Shown here: in pieces, positions 1 to 10,300 of the stretch | Position numbering within the stretch: the stretch's first letter is position 1 | Layout: each line of letters starts with the position of its first letter | IMG/VR virus record: IMGVR_UViG_3300035660_000001 | Span: 64,001-128,000 of that record | Length of the DNA: 64,000 bases | Direction: 5' to 3' (one strand) | From: a virus | Notes under the pieces: generated by a model | What the model was told of the DNA's origin: nothing | What the model saw: only the letters and a program-made list of their open reading frames with translations | Database searches by the model: none | Program-made: the position numbers and the translations under genes

Positions 1-2
1 TC

Positions 3-389
3 TGGGAGGCGGTATCGAAATACGGAGCCCTGACCGTTGTTGCGGTGGTTGTCATTCTCGGGGCGTTGTGGTTCGCGATGAAGACCCTCGATAGGCTGAT
101 CAAGGACAAGACGGAGCAGAGCAACAAGGCTACCGAGGAGAGGAAAACCATGACGGAGAAGTTTCTGGCTTCTCTGGAAAGGGTGACTTCGGACTACAGG
201 ACGGTGACGATCGATAACACCAGAATCCTGCAGGCCCTAGTAGATAGCATAAACAGAAGAGAGGAGGGATGCCTCGCTCACCAGCGGAAGCAGGATGAGA
301 CGCTGTCCACCGCCGTTTCACAGCATGGAGTGATCGCCGAGCGGATGGTGAGCATCGACCGCAGGCTTGAGGGCATAGAGAAGAAATGA
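3..389 (+). CDS. Membrane-anchored coiled-coil protein (possible holin-like), 5'-truncated by the window edge
   Basis: Frame is open from position 3 (WEAVSKYGALTVVAVVVILGALWFAMK...). One hydrophobic helix is followed by a charged coiled-coil. Confidence 0.5.
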   Translation, partial: WEAVSKYGALTVVAVVVILGALWFAMKTLDRLIKDKTEQSNKATEERKTMTEKFLASLERVTSDYRTVTIDNTRILQALVDSINRREEGCLAHQRKQDETLSTAVSQHGVIAERMVSIDRRLEGIEKK

Positions 390-794
390 ATGAGCATTCT
401 AATCGTGGACGACAACATGTTCGTTAGAGAGATGCTAAAAGACCTCCTCGAGCATAACGGGTACACCGTTTCTCTGGCGGATGGGGGGGTATCGGGATTG
501 CAGAAGATCAAGGAGACCAAACCCCAGCTTGTGGTCTTGGACCTGATGATGCCGGACATGGACGGGTTTACGGTTTACGAGCAGATGAAACGGGACGACG
601 AGATGAGAAACGTGCCCGTAATCGTGCTGACGGCATTACAAGAGTCCGATCTCAAGCCGGAGAAGAGAAGTATCCTGAGCGGCGTGAGGAAGTTCATCAC
701 GAAGGGGACACCGGCGTTCAAACCAAAGGCGTTCTTGGAAGACGTCCACCGGATCGTTTCTAGCGATAACGGGGACAAGACGTTGGTCGTGTGA
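390..794 (+). CDS. Stand-alone CheY-like response regulator receiver protein
   Basis: ILIVDD acidic pair, VLDLMMPDMDG phosphoacceptor Asp, PVIVLTA and FITK motifs are all present. Confidence 0.9.
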   Translation: MSILIVDDNMFVREMLKDLLEHNGYTVSLADGGVSGLQKIKETKPQLVVLDLMMPDMDGFTVYEQMKRDDEMRNVPVIVLTALQESDLKPEKRSILSGVRKFITKGTPAFKPKAFLEDVHRIVSSDNGDKTLVV

Positions 795-830
795 GGCCAA
801 TAACTTTTGATGCAGAAAGGAGTCGGAGCA

Positions 831-1577
831 ATGGAAACACAGGAACTTAAGCACATCCTTCCCGGGGGTCTGATCAAGGAAGGGAAGCTGTATGATCGGG
901 TTTGCCTCCGTGAGATGACGGGCGTGGAGGAGGACATCATGATCGACCGGAAGCTCTCGGTCGGTCGCCGGATGAATCTCGTCATGGCGAACTGCATGAC
1001 GAGCCTGGAAAGCGAGGACGGGGATGAGGTCGATGGGGTCATCGACTCGAAGGGGATGCTCGACGCCGTCCAGGACCTGACGGTCGGGGATCGGGTTGTC
1101 CTGATGCTTCTTATCAGGGAGGCGTCTCTCGGCCCGATGTTTCCCATGCGGGTGAACTGCCCGGAGTGCGGGGAGGCGGGGAACTACCAAGTCAACCTTC
1201 ATGATCTCGTGATCAAGGCTCTCCCGGACAAGATGGTTCGGGAATATACCGAGACCCTTCCGTCCGGACAGAAAGCGAAGCTCAAGATCATGACGGGTCG
1301 GGAGGAGGGGCTTCTGACGGCGAAGAGGAACGACCCGGACTTTCTGAGCCATGCCATCGGGCTCCGCTTGGTGGAGCTCGAGGGCAAGCCCGTTGGGAGC
1401 GTCCACCAGATCAAGGCTTTGTCCCTGAAGGATCGCAATGCCCTTCGGACGGCCTTCGAAGAGCATGAAGGGGGGGTCGACACGGACATCGACATCACCT
1501 GCGACAAGTGCGGTCGGGAGTCGACGGTCGTCCTGGATATCGCCCAGAAAGATTTTTTCTTCCCATCGGCGACCTAG
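831..1577 (+). CDS. Tail assembly chaperone / baseplate-hub assembly protein (T4 gp26-like, two CxxC)
   Basis: LREMTGVEED, CPECG and CDKCG motifs, FFFP terminus, position upstream of the tape measure gene; AAGGAG RBS before ATG 831. Confidence 0.7.
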   Translation: METQELKHILPGGLIKEGKLYDRVCLREMTGVEEDIMIDRKLSVGRRMNLVMANCMTSLESEDGDEVDGVIDSKGMLDAVQDLTVGDRVVLMLLIREASLGPMFPMRVNCPECGEAGNYQVNLHDLVIKALPDKMVREYTETLPSGQKAKLKIMTGREEGLLTAKRNDPDFLSHAIGLRLVELEGKPVGSVHQIKALSLKDRNALRTAFEEHEGGVDTDIDITCDKCGRESTVVLDIAQKDFFFPSAT

Positions 1578-1741
1578 ACCATCTCGAGCATGATCTCATG
1601 TTTTTCTTCGAAGCGTGGAGGATGCCATACCTGGACGTTATGGCTCTTCCGTGCTCTAGGCGCCAGCGGCTGATAGACCTGAAGGTGGATATGCGGAAGA
1701 GGGGGAAGGACTTGCCTGCTCTACTCGAAGAAGGAATCTAG
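1553..1741 (+). CDS. -1 frameshift extension of the tail assembly chaperone (lambda gpG/gpGT-like)
   Basis: In-frame slippery heptamer T TTT TTC at 1553-1559. The -1 frame is open to 1741 (FFLPIGDLDHLEHDLMFFFEAWRMPYLDVMALPCSRRQRLID...), ending 6 nt before the tape measure gene. Confidence 0.7.
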   Translation, partial: FFLPIGDLDHLEHDLMFFFEAWRMPYLDVMALPCSRRQRLIDLKVDMRKRGKDLPALLEEGI

Positions 1742-1747
1742 TAACTT

Positions 1748-4700
1748 ATGCCAACCTGGAATTTCCTAGTCGGTCTCGGCATCGTCGATCAGGGAACGGG
1801 TAAGTTCCTGAAGGACACTAAGAAAGAGCTCGATGGGACTACGGGTAGTTTCAAGAGCCTCGGGAATACCGCCGACGACGTAGCCGACCGGACCGCTAAG
1901 GGCGCCAAGCAGATGGCCGACGCCGTTGACAAGAGTTCCAGGGAAATGAGCCGATCGTGGAGGGATGCTGGGAAGAGCGCCCGGCAGATGGGCGGTGGCC
2001 GAGGTGGAGGCCGGGGAGGTCGGGGGGGAGATAAATACGGGTTCCTCGGTTTCGATATCAGGGACATAGGAGACAAGCTCAAGGGTCTGGGTAAGGCCGG
2101 GGGCGGTATTTTCACGGGTCTGGCCGGGGACTTCGGGGACATGATCGACACGAACGTCGAGTGGAGCTCGAGCTTTAAGGAGACGGCGGGGATATCCGAG
2201 AAGTCCGTAGCCCGCATGTCGACGTCTATCGTGACGCAGATGCATCGGGCCGGGATCGGGATCCGTGAGGCCAGCGGGGCGTGGGAGGATTTACGGGAGA
2301 ACCTGACGTCCGACGAGGCGGTCCGGGATATGAAGCGGGCGGTGGGCCTGAAGGAAGCCTTTGATATCCCGGCGTCGACGTATGCCACGTGGGTCGGGAT
2401 GTCGGAGACTTCCGGCCTGACCCAGAAGAACATGGCCGACCTGTTAGATACGTCTGCGGGCATGACCAAGAAGATGGGGCTTCCGAAGGGCTTTCTCAAG
2501 GAGATGATGGGGCTGTCGGAGACGGCCAGTGAGATCTCCCTCTCCTTTGGGTTAGCTCCCGAGAAGACCGCGAGCATGACGAAGAGCATGATGCGGGCCG
2601 CCGCGGCGATGCAGAAGACCCTCAAGATCGGGATCGAAGATGCAACCCGGTCAATTGAGAACATGGTCAAGAAAACGTCGGATCGCCGGAGGGAGATGCG
2701 GAGGTTCAGCCTCGGCCTCGGCGGGGATATGGACGCCGTTATGGACTCGGTAACGAATCTCGCTAAGGGTGTGGGGGATGCCGACTTTGCCTTCTCCCTG
2801 CTCATGGATCAGGACCCGACCGACGTTAAGAAGAAGCTGATAGATTTTGCCAAGACGATTCAGGGGGACACGACGGCGACCAACCGACTTTATGAAACCG
2901 TATCGGAAGCCTTCGGGGAGGACACGGCGAATGAGGTCGTCCGCCTGGGGAAGAAGATGGAGAAGAACCTGGGCGATGCCGCCAAGTCGCAGACGGCGAA
3001 CTTCGGGGAGATGGGGAAGTCTATCGAAGACGTCATGGCTACGGCGACCCGGGCGGAGAACCGGGCGAAGATGGCCGAACAGGTAAAGCTCTTCCAGGAG
3101 GGGTCGTTCTTCGTCGGGGAGTATGTGCGCCAGCTCGGAAAGTATGCCGACGCACAGGACAAGATCGCCAGGAAGACTACAGGCTGGGCGGGGGCCCACA
3201 AGAAGGCGATGGACTTCATAGCTAAGTTTGTCGTCGGCAAGCAGATGATGGAGTTCGCTGGCGGTAGGCGTGGTGGCGGGGGTTTTGCGGGTCTGATTCC
3301 TTCTCTCGGAATTGCGGGCGCGTCCATCGCTGGGTTGCTGGGAGGCTTTGGGGGGATGGGCAGAGGCGTGGGCCTCTTCGGAGGCGTGGCCGGGAAGTTA
3401 GGTGGAATCCAGCCGCTCGGATGGCTCAAGGGTCTCTTCGGAGCAGGGAAGGGTGTCGGGGCGGGAGCGAAGGGAGTCGGAGCGGCGGAAGAGGTTGCCG
3501 GGATGGGGGCGGGAGCCGCAGAAGCAACGGGAGGCTTTGCCCGGTTCCTCGGAGTGCTGGGAAAGGTGTCTGTTGTCCTGACGGCGATCGTCGCGGCCGC
3601 TGATTTCCTCTTCCGGGGGATCCCGAGGTTCGTCGGCATCTGGAAAGAGGGAGGGTCGATCTGGGAGAAGGGTTGGAAAACCGGAGTGGCCTACGCCGAC
3701 ACCGTGTCCCAGGTCTTGAACGATCTTACCTTCGGGCTCTACAAGTATATCGACATCTGGGGCTACATCCGTCGCTTTCTGGGCGATGACTTTCTTCTCA
3801 AATACCTTCCGAAGTTTTTCTCCGAGATCATGGGGCAGGCCGTGAGTCTTCTTAAGACAGTCATGAGCATCGGGGCAAGAATTGTCAAGTTCGGATGGGA
3901 TGTCAACGTAGCCCGGCCACTGAAGGTCGTCTGGGGTATTTTAAGGGGGGTTGCGGGAGCGATCGGATGGGCTGTTCAGAACCTCTGGAATCTCGACAAG
4001 GCCGTGTGGGGATGGGAGGCGTCTGTTGGAAAGGCTTTCGGGGGATTCGCCGTGAACCTTTTCAAATGGATTGGCCTTCCGATCGAGAACGTCGCTAAGG
4101 ATGCGATCGAGTGGGTCAAAGACATCATCCGGGTTCCCATGCAGTGGATACAGCAACACCTCGGTTGGATCAAGGACATCTGGGACAAAGCCTTCGGACC
4201 GATCAAGGATTATATCGAAGCTGTAAAGGCGTTCATCGATCTCCGGAAGGGGGAGATGGCAACCGAGACCGGGGTTGGTGGTGCAGGGACGTGGGGGAAG
4301 GATACCTGGGGGGACGTCCTTGGTGGTGGGGCCACAATGAAGCGGTTCGGGGGTGGCCCGAACGTCGCGGCCCTTCAAACGAGATTCGGCCCGGACTTTC
4401 TCGACAAGATCATGGGAATAGAATCCGCCGGGGGGAAGGCTGAGGGAAAGGCTTCTTCGAAGGGTGCCCGGGGGTTAATGCAGTTAATGCCTTCAGTTTA
4501 CGAACCCCACGGTTTGACTGCTGAAATGCTTTCCCAACCCGAAGCGGCGGCAAGAAAACATCTCGGCAAAGGAGCTTCGGAGCAGAGCATTAAGGCGATG
4601 GCCGAGACTTATCGCAAGCGGGGCGTCGAGGTCGGGACCGGGGAGCTCGTCCGCTATTACGACTCCTATCTCAAGCAGGGATACTCCCAGGATCAGGCTC

Positions 4701-5203
4701 AGGTTCTGGCGACGATGGCCTACAACATGGGCCCCGGGGGAGTAACGAAGTGGTTAAAAGGAGGAGCCCTCAATTCCGAAACCAGAAATTATATATCGAA
4801 GGCGTTCGGTGGACTCGACGTTGAGGCCCACCGGGCAGAGTATGTGACTCCCGGAGAAACTGCGGGAGGACTCGTTACTGGGGCACCAACCGTAACTGCG
4901 CCTGCCGGGTATGAGGGAGCGGATTATGATATGGGCGACGTCACTGCTGGGGGAATGCCCGAAATGCCTGGACTGCCCGGAGGTGGTGCCCCGGATATCG
5001 CTTATACTGGTGTTCCTGCCCGAGGCGGTGGTGGGGGGGGCGGGGAAGGGCTGGCGGGTGTTCTCGGGTCGATTGTGGACACCCTGAAGCGTCTCAAGGG
5101 GGATGTCTTTATGGATGGCAAGAAGATCGGCGAGGTCGTGTGGGGGAACATCAAGGACAAGGTCGATGCCGAGCTTCGTGAAGGGGTGTCCACTCGTGGA
5201 TAA
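1748..5203 (+). CDS. Tail tape measure protein with C-terminal lytic transglycosylase (SLT) domain
   Basis: 1151 aa, Ala/Gly-rich helical, with periodic Trp/Phe. SLT motifs IMGIES, SSKGARGLMQLMP and AYNMGPG. Confidence 0.9.
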   Translation: MPTWNFLVGLGIVDQGTGKFLKDTKKELDGTTGSFKSLGNTADDVADRTAKGAKQMADAVDKSSREMSRSWRDAGKSARQMGGGRGGGRGGRGGDKYGFLGFDIRDIGDKLKGLGKAGGGIFTGLAGDFGDMIDTNVEWSSSFKETAGISEKSVARMSTSIVTQMHRAGIGIREASGAWEDLRENLTSDEAVRDMKRAVGLKEAFDIPASTYATWVGMSETSGLTQKNMADLLDTSAGMTKKMGLPKGFLKEMMGLSETASEISLSFGLAPEKTASMTKSMMRAAAAMQKTLKIGIEDATRSIENMVKKTSDRRREMRRFSLGLGGDMDAVMDSVTNLAKGVGDADFAFSLLMDQDPTDVKKKLIDFAKTIQGDTTATNRLYETVSEAFGEDTANEVVRLGKKMEKNLGDAAKSQTANFGEMGKSIEDVMATATRAENRAKMAEQVKLFQEGSFFVGEYVRQLGKYADAQDKIARKTTGWAGAHKKAMDFIAKFVVGKQMMEFAGGRRGGGGFAGLIPSLGIAGASIAGLLGGFGGMGRGVGLFGGVAGKLGGIQPLGWLKGLFGAGKGVGAGAKGVGAAEEVAGMGAGAAEATGGFARFLGVLGKVSVVLTAIVAAADFLFRGIPRFVGIWKEGGSIWEKGWKTGVAYADTVSQVLNDLTFGLYKYIDIWGYIRRFLGDDFLLKYLPKFFSEIMGQAVSLLKTVMSIGARIVKFGWDVNVARPLKVVWGILRGVAGAIGWAVQNLWNLDKAVWGWEASVGKAFGGFAVNLFKWIGLPIENVAKDAIEWVKDIIRVPMQWIQQHLGWIKDIWDKAFGPIKDYIEAVKAFIDLRKGEMATETGVGGAGTWGKDTWGDVLGGGATMKRFGGGPNVAALQTRFGPDFLDKIMGIESAGGKAEGKASSKGARGLMQLMPSVYEPHGLTAEMLSQPEAAARKHLGKGASEQSIKAMAETYRKRGVEVGTGELVRYYDSYLKQGYSQDQAQVLATMAYNMGPGGVTKWLKGGALNSETRNYISKAFGGLDVEAHRAEYVTPGETAGGLVTGAPTVTAPAGYEGADYDMGDVTAGGMPEMPGLPGGGAPDIAYTGVPARGGGGGGGEGLAGVLGSIVDTLKRLKGDVFMDGKKIGEVVWGNIKDKVDAELREGVSTRG

Positions 5204-5299
5204 GTGGAGATAACTCATGATAAATTTTGATTTTTTTAGGGAGTTTTATCCACTTTTCCCTTACGGGGCAGTTTTACCAGCTACCAGGATTCCCCCGGC

Positions 5300-6625
5300 A
5301 TGAGAGTCCTGATTCTCGACACTGGGCTTGCCCTCGATCTGGCTAGGAGACTGGCCGCAGAGGGGGATGAGGTCTATTATTACCTCAACAAGATCAGGAA
5401 TTACCCGGACGAGTCCGAGGCCATCTACGGCAAGGGGCTCTTTGAAGAGTGGGGGGTCAAGCGGATCGATATGTATGAATCCGTTCTAAGCTATGTCGAC
5501 TACGTTATAGCAACGGATATCGGCTACGGGAAGCACCTCGACCACTTCCGGGCGAAGGGAACGCTGGTCTACGGAGCCCCGTTCCTCGGAGAGAGGCTCG
5601 AGACGGACCGGGAGTTCGGCAGAGAGACCCTCGCAGGTTACGGGGTGAAGGTCCCGGAGGTCACGGTCCACAACACCAAAGAGGACGCCGTCCAGCATAT
5701 CAAGAAGGATCCCGGGGGCTACGCCTATAAGTCGGATGAGTCCCGCAACAAAAAGACCTTCGTGACCAAATCTCCGGAGGCCATGATCAAGTTCCTTGCC
5801 GGGCTGTCCTCCTCGGCTCCGATCCGGCTTGAGAAGTTCATCGATGGTGTGGAGATCGCCGTCGGAGGCTTTTTCAACGGGCAAGAGTTCCTGGGGCCCA
5901 AACTGACTTCCTTCGAGTACAACAAGACCTTCCCCGGAGATCTCGGGCCGATGAACTCGGAGATCGGGACGGCGATGTATTACGACGAGACCGGAGGGAA
6001 GGCGTTTGCGGAGACCCTAACGAAGATCGAGCCATTCCTGCGGATGGTCGGCTACCGGGGCTATGTGGAGGTCTCCTGCATTGTCAACGAGAACGGAACG
6101 CACGTCATTGAGTTCACTAACCGCTTCGGCTACCCGGTCTACATGATTCAGATGACGCTTCACAAACGCTTCGGGGAGGTTCTCTCGTCGGTCGCCTACG
6201 GGACCCTTCTGGACCCACGGTTCAGGCCGAAGTGGGATATCTTGAAGCGCCGCTGGGCGATCGGGACGTGCTGGTGCGTGAACGGCTATCCCTACACGGA
6301 GGTCATGAAGGCCCGGGGCGGGGACTGGTCGATCGTCTACGGCATCGACAAGGCGATCAAGGAGGGATCCCGGGTCGGGTTCTTCGGGGTGGTTAAGGAG
6401 GATGGGAAGTATATCGCCCTCCCCGACTACGGTCGGACGGTCTGCATCACGGGACAGGGCCAGACGATCTCCCAGGCCATGCAGGAGATGAACGACAGCG
6501 CCCGGAAGATATGGATCCCGGACGGCTTCTACCGTTACGATATCGGAGCCCGCACGATCGCCGAGGGGCAGAAGCTTCTCGAGTGGGGCTACGTCGACAA
6601 GGACTGGGCGAAGAGCTTCCGATGA
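5300..6625 (+). CDS. PurD-like (phosphoribosylamine-glycine ligase-like) ATP-grasp enzyme, paralogue 1
   Basis: RLETDREFG, LEKFIDGVE, FEY..FPGDLGP...IGT, IEFTNRFGYP and YRYDIG motifs. The bacterial GSGGREHA motif is absent. Confidence 0.75.
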   Translation: MRVLILDTGLALDLARRLAAEGDEVYYYLNKIRNYPDESEAIYGKGLFEEWGVKRIDMYESVLSYVDYVIATDIGYGKHLDHFRAKGTLVYGAPFLGERLETDREFGRETLAGYGVKVPEVTVHNTKEDAVQHIKKDPGGYAYKSDESRNKKTFVTKSPEAMIKFLAGLSSSAPIRLEKFIDGVEIAVGGFFNGQEFLGPKLTSFEYNKTFPGDLGPMNSEIGTAMYYDETGGKAFAETLTKIEPFLRMVGYRGYVEVSCIVNENGTHVIEFTNRFGYPVYMIQMTLHKRFGEVLSSVAYGTLLDPRFRPKWDILKRRWAIGTCWCVNGYPYTEVMKARGGDWSIVYGIDKAIKEGSRVGFFGVVKEDGKYIALPDYGRTVCITGQGQTISQAMQEMNDSARKIWIPDGFYRYDIGARTIAEGQKLLEWGYVDKDWAKSFR

Positions 6626-6736
6626 GCTACACCTTCGACCCCGACGCCGTTGAGTCTTTGATCACGACAGAGATTTTTCTGCTGTCCCCGATCACCGTCC
6701 TGCTCGATATCGAATCATACATCCCGGAGGATGATA

Positions 6737-7036
6737 ATGGCTAGGGTCTATCTCGGTCAGACTGCGTTGCGGATTCGTATAAATACGGGGGTCGATCTCA
6801 CCGGGGCAACGACACTCCAAGCCGCAGTCAAGAAACCGTCCGGGGCGGGGGTTCTGTGGGACTGTTCGGGCGAAGCCCCGCTGACGGCGGGAATCATGTA
6901 TCACGATGTCGTTACGGCCTCAGAGCTCGATGAGGCCGGGCAGTTTACTCTTCAGTCTTACGTTGTGTTCTCCGATGGCCGCTGGGCTTACGGGGACGAA
7001 GCCTTTATGATCGTTCATCCAATCTCTTCGGTGTGA
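6737..7036 (+). CDS. Small virion structural protein (BppU N-terminal/Ig-like)
   Basis: DLTGAT...VKKPSG...W...DEAG...Q pattern seen in phage fibre-associated proteins; GGAGG RBS. Confidence 0.5.
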   Translation: MARVYLGQTALRIRINTGVDLTGATTLQAAVKKPSGAGVLWDCSGEAPLTAGIMYHDVVTASELDEAGQFTLQSYVVFSDGRWAYGDEAFMIVHPISSV

Positions 7037-7044
7037 GGTGAGCC

Positions 7045-7371
7045 ATGCCTGAAGGACCGAGCTTTATACAGCTTCCCGTAGACGGCCAGGGAAAGAAAAC
7101 CCGTTCGCACGTGCGGACCGTTGCGGGGGCGGACGTCCACGAGCAGTATGTCATTCTCGATACCCCGCCGTTAACGACCCGGGTAGATGAGGTGGACGCC
7201 AATACTTTCTATGTCGGGAAGGCCGCCATCGGGAGTGCCGAGACTGCGGCTGTGTGGCAGATCAAGAAGGGGATCAAGGTTGGGACGGAGACGAAGATTT
7301 TGGATCCAGTAACAACCGGAGATACGTTCGTGAATAGGTGGGATCAGCGGACTACTATAACTTACGCATAA
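7045..7371 (+). CDS. Phage structural protein, hypothetical
   Basis: YVGKA..GS..T..VWQIKK...WDQRTTITYA pattern; lies in the fibre cassette. Confidence 0.5.
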   Translation: MPEGPSFIQLPVDGQGKKTRSHVRTVAGADVHEQYVILDTPPLTTRVDEVDANTFYVGKAAIGSAETAAVWQIKKGIKVGTETKILDPVTTGDTFVNRWDQRTTITYA

Positions 7372-7374
7372 GCC

Positions 7375-10300
7375 ATGTCTCCTGCGAAACCAGTTTTTAA
7401 CGGCGCAAGCTCCAACGTGATGAGCACCGGCCTTTTGGCTGGTGGCGTCCTGTCGGTCACTCCCGGTCACCCATCCTGGTTCGATATCAGTGATGGGTCC
7501 GGGGTTGTCGTTGATAACTATACCGACACGCTTCATCCCCGAAAGACGGTGGTGGCTTGGTCTGGGAAGACGGGCATTGAAGTTACGAATTTGCTTACAG
7601 CTTTGGTGACCTATGTGGCCCTCGACAAAAATGGGCATGTCATCCAGTCTACTGTAAACTTTACTCCCGATGAACGCCGGGATTTGATTGTCCTTGGCGG
7701 ACTTAGTCACTTTGGTCATGCGGTGATCGAATTTATTGCGAACTATCCTTCTGTCGCATACGATGATTCCGCTCAGTTTGTCGATTTCGCCGATGCAATC
7801 GGTCCCATAAATATCACCGGTAATGTCTATGGGCCAAACGGGATGAACCTGAACCTCGATAAGTCGGGGGGATCTTCGTTTAAGATCGGCAGTAATTATG
7901 TCGCCGACAAAAAAACTCCCAACGTCCATCCTGACAACACAGGGACTGCTCTTTACTTCTTTTACGATTATCATACTGGTCCGGGTACTTGGGGAACGGT
8001 AGGCCCTCTCAATATTATCGATCCCGACCACTACGACAACGGGCTTGGATTAGAAGACGTTCCGGAGGACATGTGGACGATCCAGATGATTTTCTACGTT
8101 CCTGCGGCTGGTCTGACTTCAATTCAATATGGTCAGGAGATATACGACACCAAGGAAACTGCTCGAGCACATCTCCAGGATCCCGTGGATATTCTTCCGG
8201 AGCTAGCTTCCGGGAACGCGCTGTTCCGGGGTTGGTTAATCGTCCGTCAAGGCGCTATCGATTTAAGTGATCCTACCTGGGCTCAATTTGACATAGCGGG
8301 TAAGTTTGGTCTTGTCTCTGAAATCACAGGAACAGGTGGCGGCGAAGCGAATACGGCATCGAACAATGGCTTGGCCGGAACGGGGCTATACCTTCAGAAA
8401 CAGGGAGTCGACCTTCAGTTCAAGAATATCCGGGCGGCCTCTTCTCAGATCACAGTCGCTGACAATCCTGCCCTTAAAACGGTAGACATCGATCTTGGGG
8501 CGGGGGCCTCCGGTCAGAGCGGGTACAGTGGTCACAGCGGGTACTCTGGACAGTCCGGATTTAGCGGAGCCTCGGGTCTCAGTGGAGCTTCGGGTCTTAG
8601 CGGTTCTTCCTTTGTCGGATCGTCGGGGTATTCCGGCTTCAGCGGGTTTACAGGAGCCTCTGGTCTTTCTGGGGCCTCAGGCGCCAGTGGAGCTTCTGGT
8701 CTTTCGGGGGCATCCGGGACCAGCGGTGCCTCGGGACAGTCTGGGTATTCTGGTGCCAGTGGGTTGTCAGGGGCCTCGGGAGCCTCCGGCCAGTCCGGGT
8801 ATAGTGGTTTCTCGGGTTTCACCGGGGCGTCTGGTCTGTCCGGGGCCTCCGGTGCCAGTGGGGCATCTGGTGCCTCGGGGAACTCGGGGTATTCGGGGTT
8901 CTCCGGGTTCTCTGGATCCGGGGCTTCCGGTGCTTCCGGAGCCTCTGGGGCTAGTGGGCAATCCGGCTATTCGGGTCTATCCGGCTTCAGTGGACTTTCT
9001 GGGGCCTCTGGTGCGTCCGGTGCGAGCGGGGCTAGTGGATCATCGGGTTACAGCGGGTTGTCAGGCCAGAGTGGCCTTTCCGGGGCATCTGGGGCCTCTG
9101 GTGCGTCGGGTCAGTCCGGTTACAGCGGGTTCTCTGGGTTTTCCGGTTTATCAGGGGCATCAGGGGCATCTGGCGCTTCCGGGACCTCCGGGGCTAGCGG
9201 GGCCTCCGGGGCCAGTGGCTATTCTGGATTTAGCGGGTTCAGCGGGGCTTCAGGACTCTCCGGAGCATCCGGGGCCAGCGGCGCCTCGGGGCAGTCGGGC
9301 TACAGCGGGTTCTCTGGGTTTACGGGAGCCTCGGGACTGTCTGGGGCATCGGGACTTTCAGGAGCCAGCGGGGCCAGCGGGGCTAGCGGGACTAGCGGGT
9401 ATTCCGGCTTCTCAGGATTTACGGGTCTATCGGGAGCTTCGGGCGCTTCGGGAGCAAGTGGAGCCAGTGGACAATCCGGATACAGTGGCTTCTCGGGCTT
9501 CAGCGGAGCCAGCGGTCTTTCGGGATCTTCGGGAGCGTCCGGTGCTTCGGGTGCCTCTGGCCAGTCTGGCTACTCGGGCCTTAGTGGACTCTCCGGTTCT
9601 TCCTTTATCGGATCGTCGGGCTACAGTGGGCAGTCCGGATTCAGCGGACTCAGTGGAGAGTCAGGCGCGAGCGGGGCTTCCGGGACCGGGGCATCCGGAC
9701 AGTCAGGATATAGCGGGTTCAGTGGTTTCTCGGGGTCAGGCGCATCGGGTGCCAGTGGAGCGAGCGGAGCATCTGGTCAATCAGGTTACTCCGGTCTCAG
9801 TGGGCTCTCGGGATCCTCCTTCTCTGGATCATCCGGTTACAGTGGACAGTCCGGGTTCTCCGGGCTCTCGGGTGCGTCTGGTTTGTCGGGTGCGGGCGGT
9901 GCTTCTGGTGCTTCTGGTGCATCGGGAGCGTCCGGGGCCTCGGGCTACTCTGGGTTTAGCGGGTTCTCGGGGGAATCGGGCCTTTCTGGAGCTTCCGGTG
10001 CGAGTGGAGCGTCCGGCGCCTCTGGTGCTTCTGGACAATCTGGATATTCAGGATTTTCTGGGTTTACAGGAGCATCCGGACTTAGCGGAGCATCCGGAGT
10101 AAGCGGTACATCCGGAGCTTCCGGGCTCTCGGGTTATAGTGGTTTCTCGGGATTTACGGGGGCATCTGGCCTCAGTGGGGCGTCTGGACTTTCAGGAGCC
10201 GGTGGAGCATCCGGAGAGTCCGGTGCCTCGGGAGCATCAGGGCTCTCGGGTTACAGCGGGTTTAGTGGGTTTTCGGGAATCTCGGGAGCCTCGGGACTTT

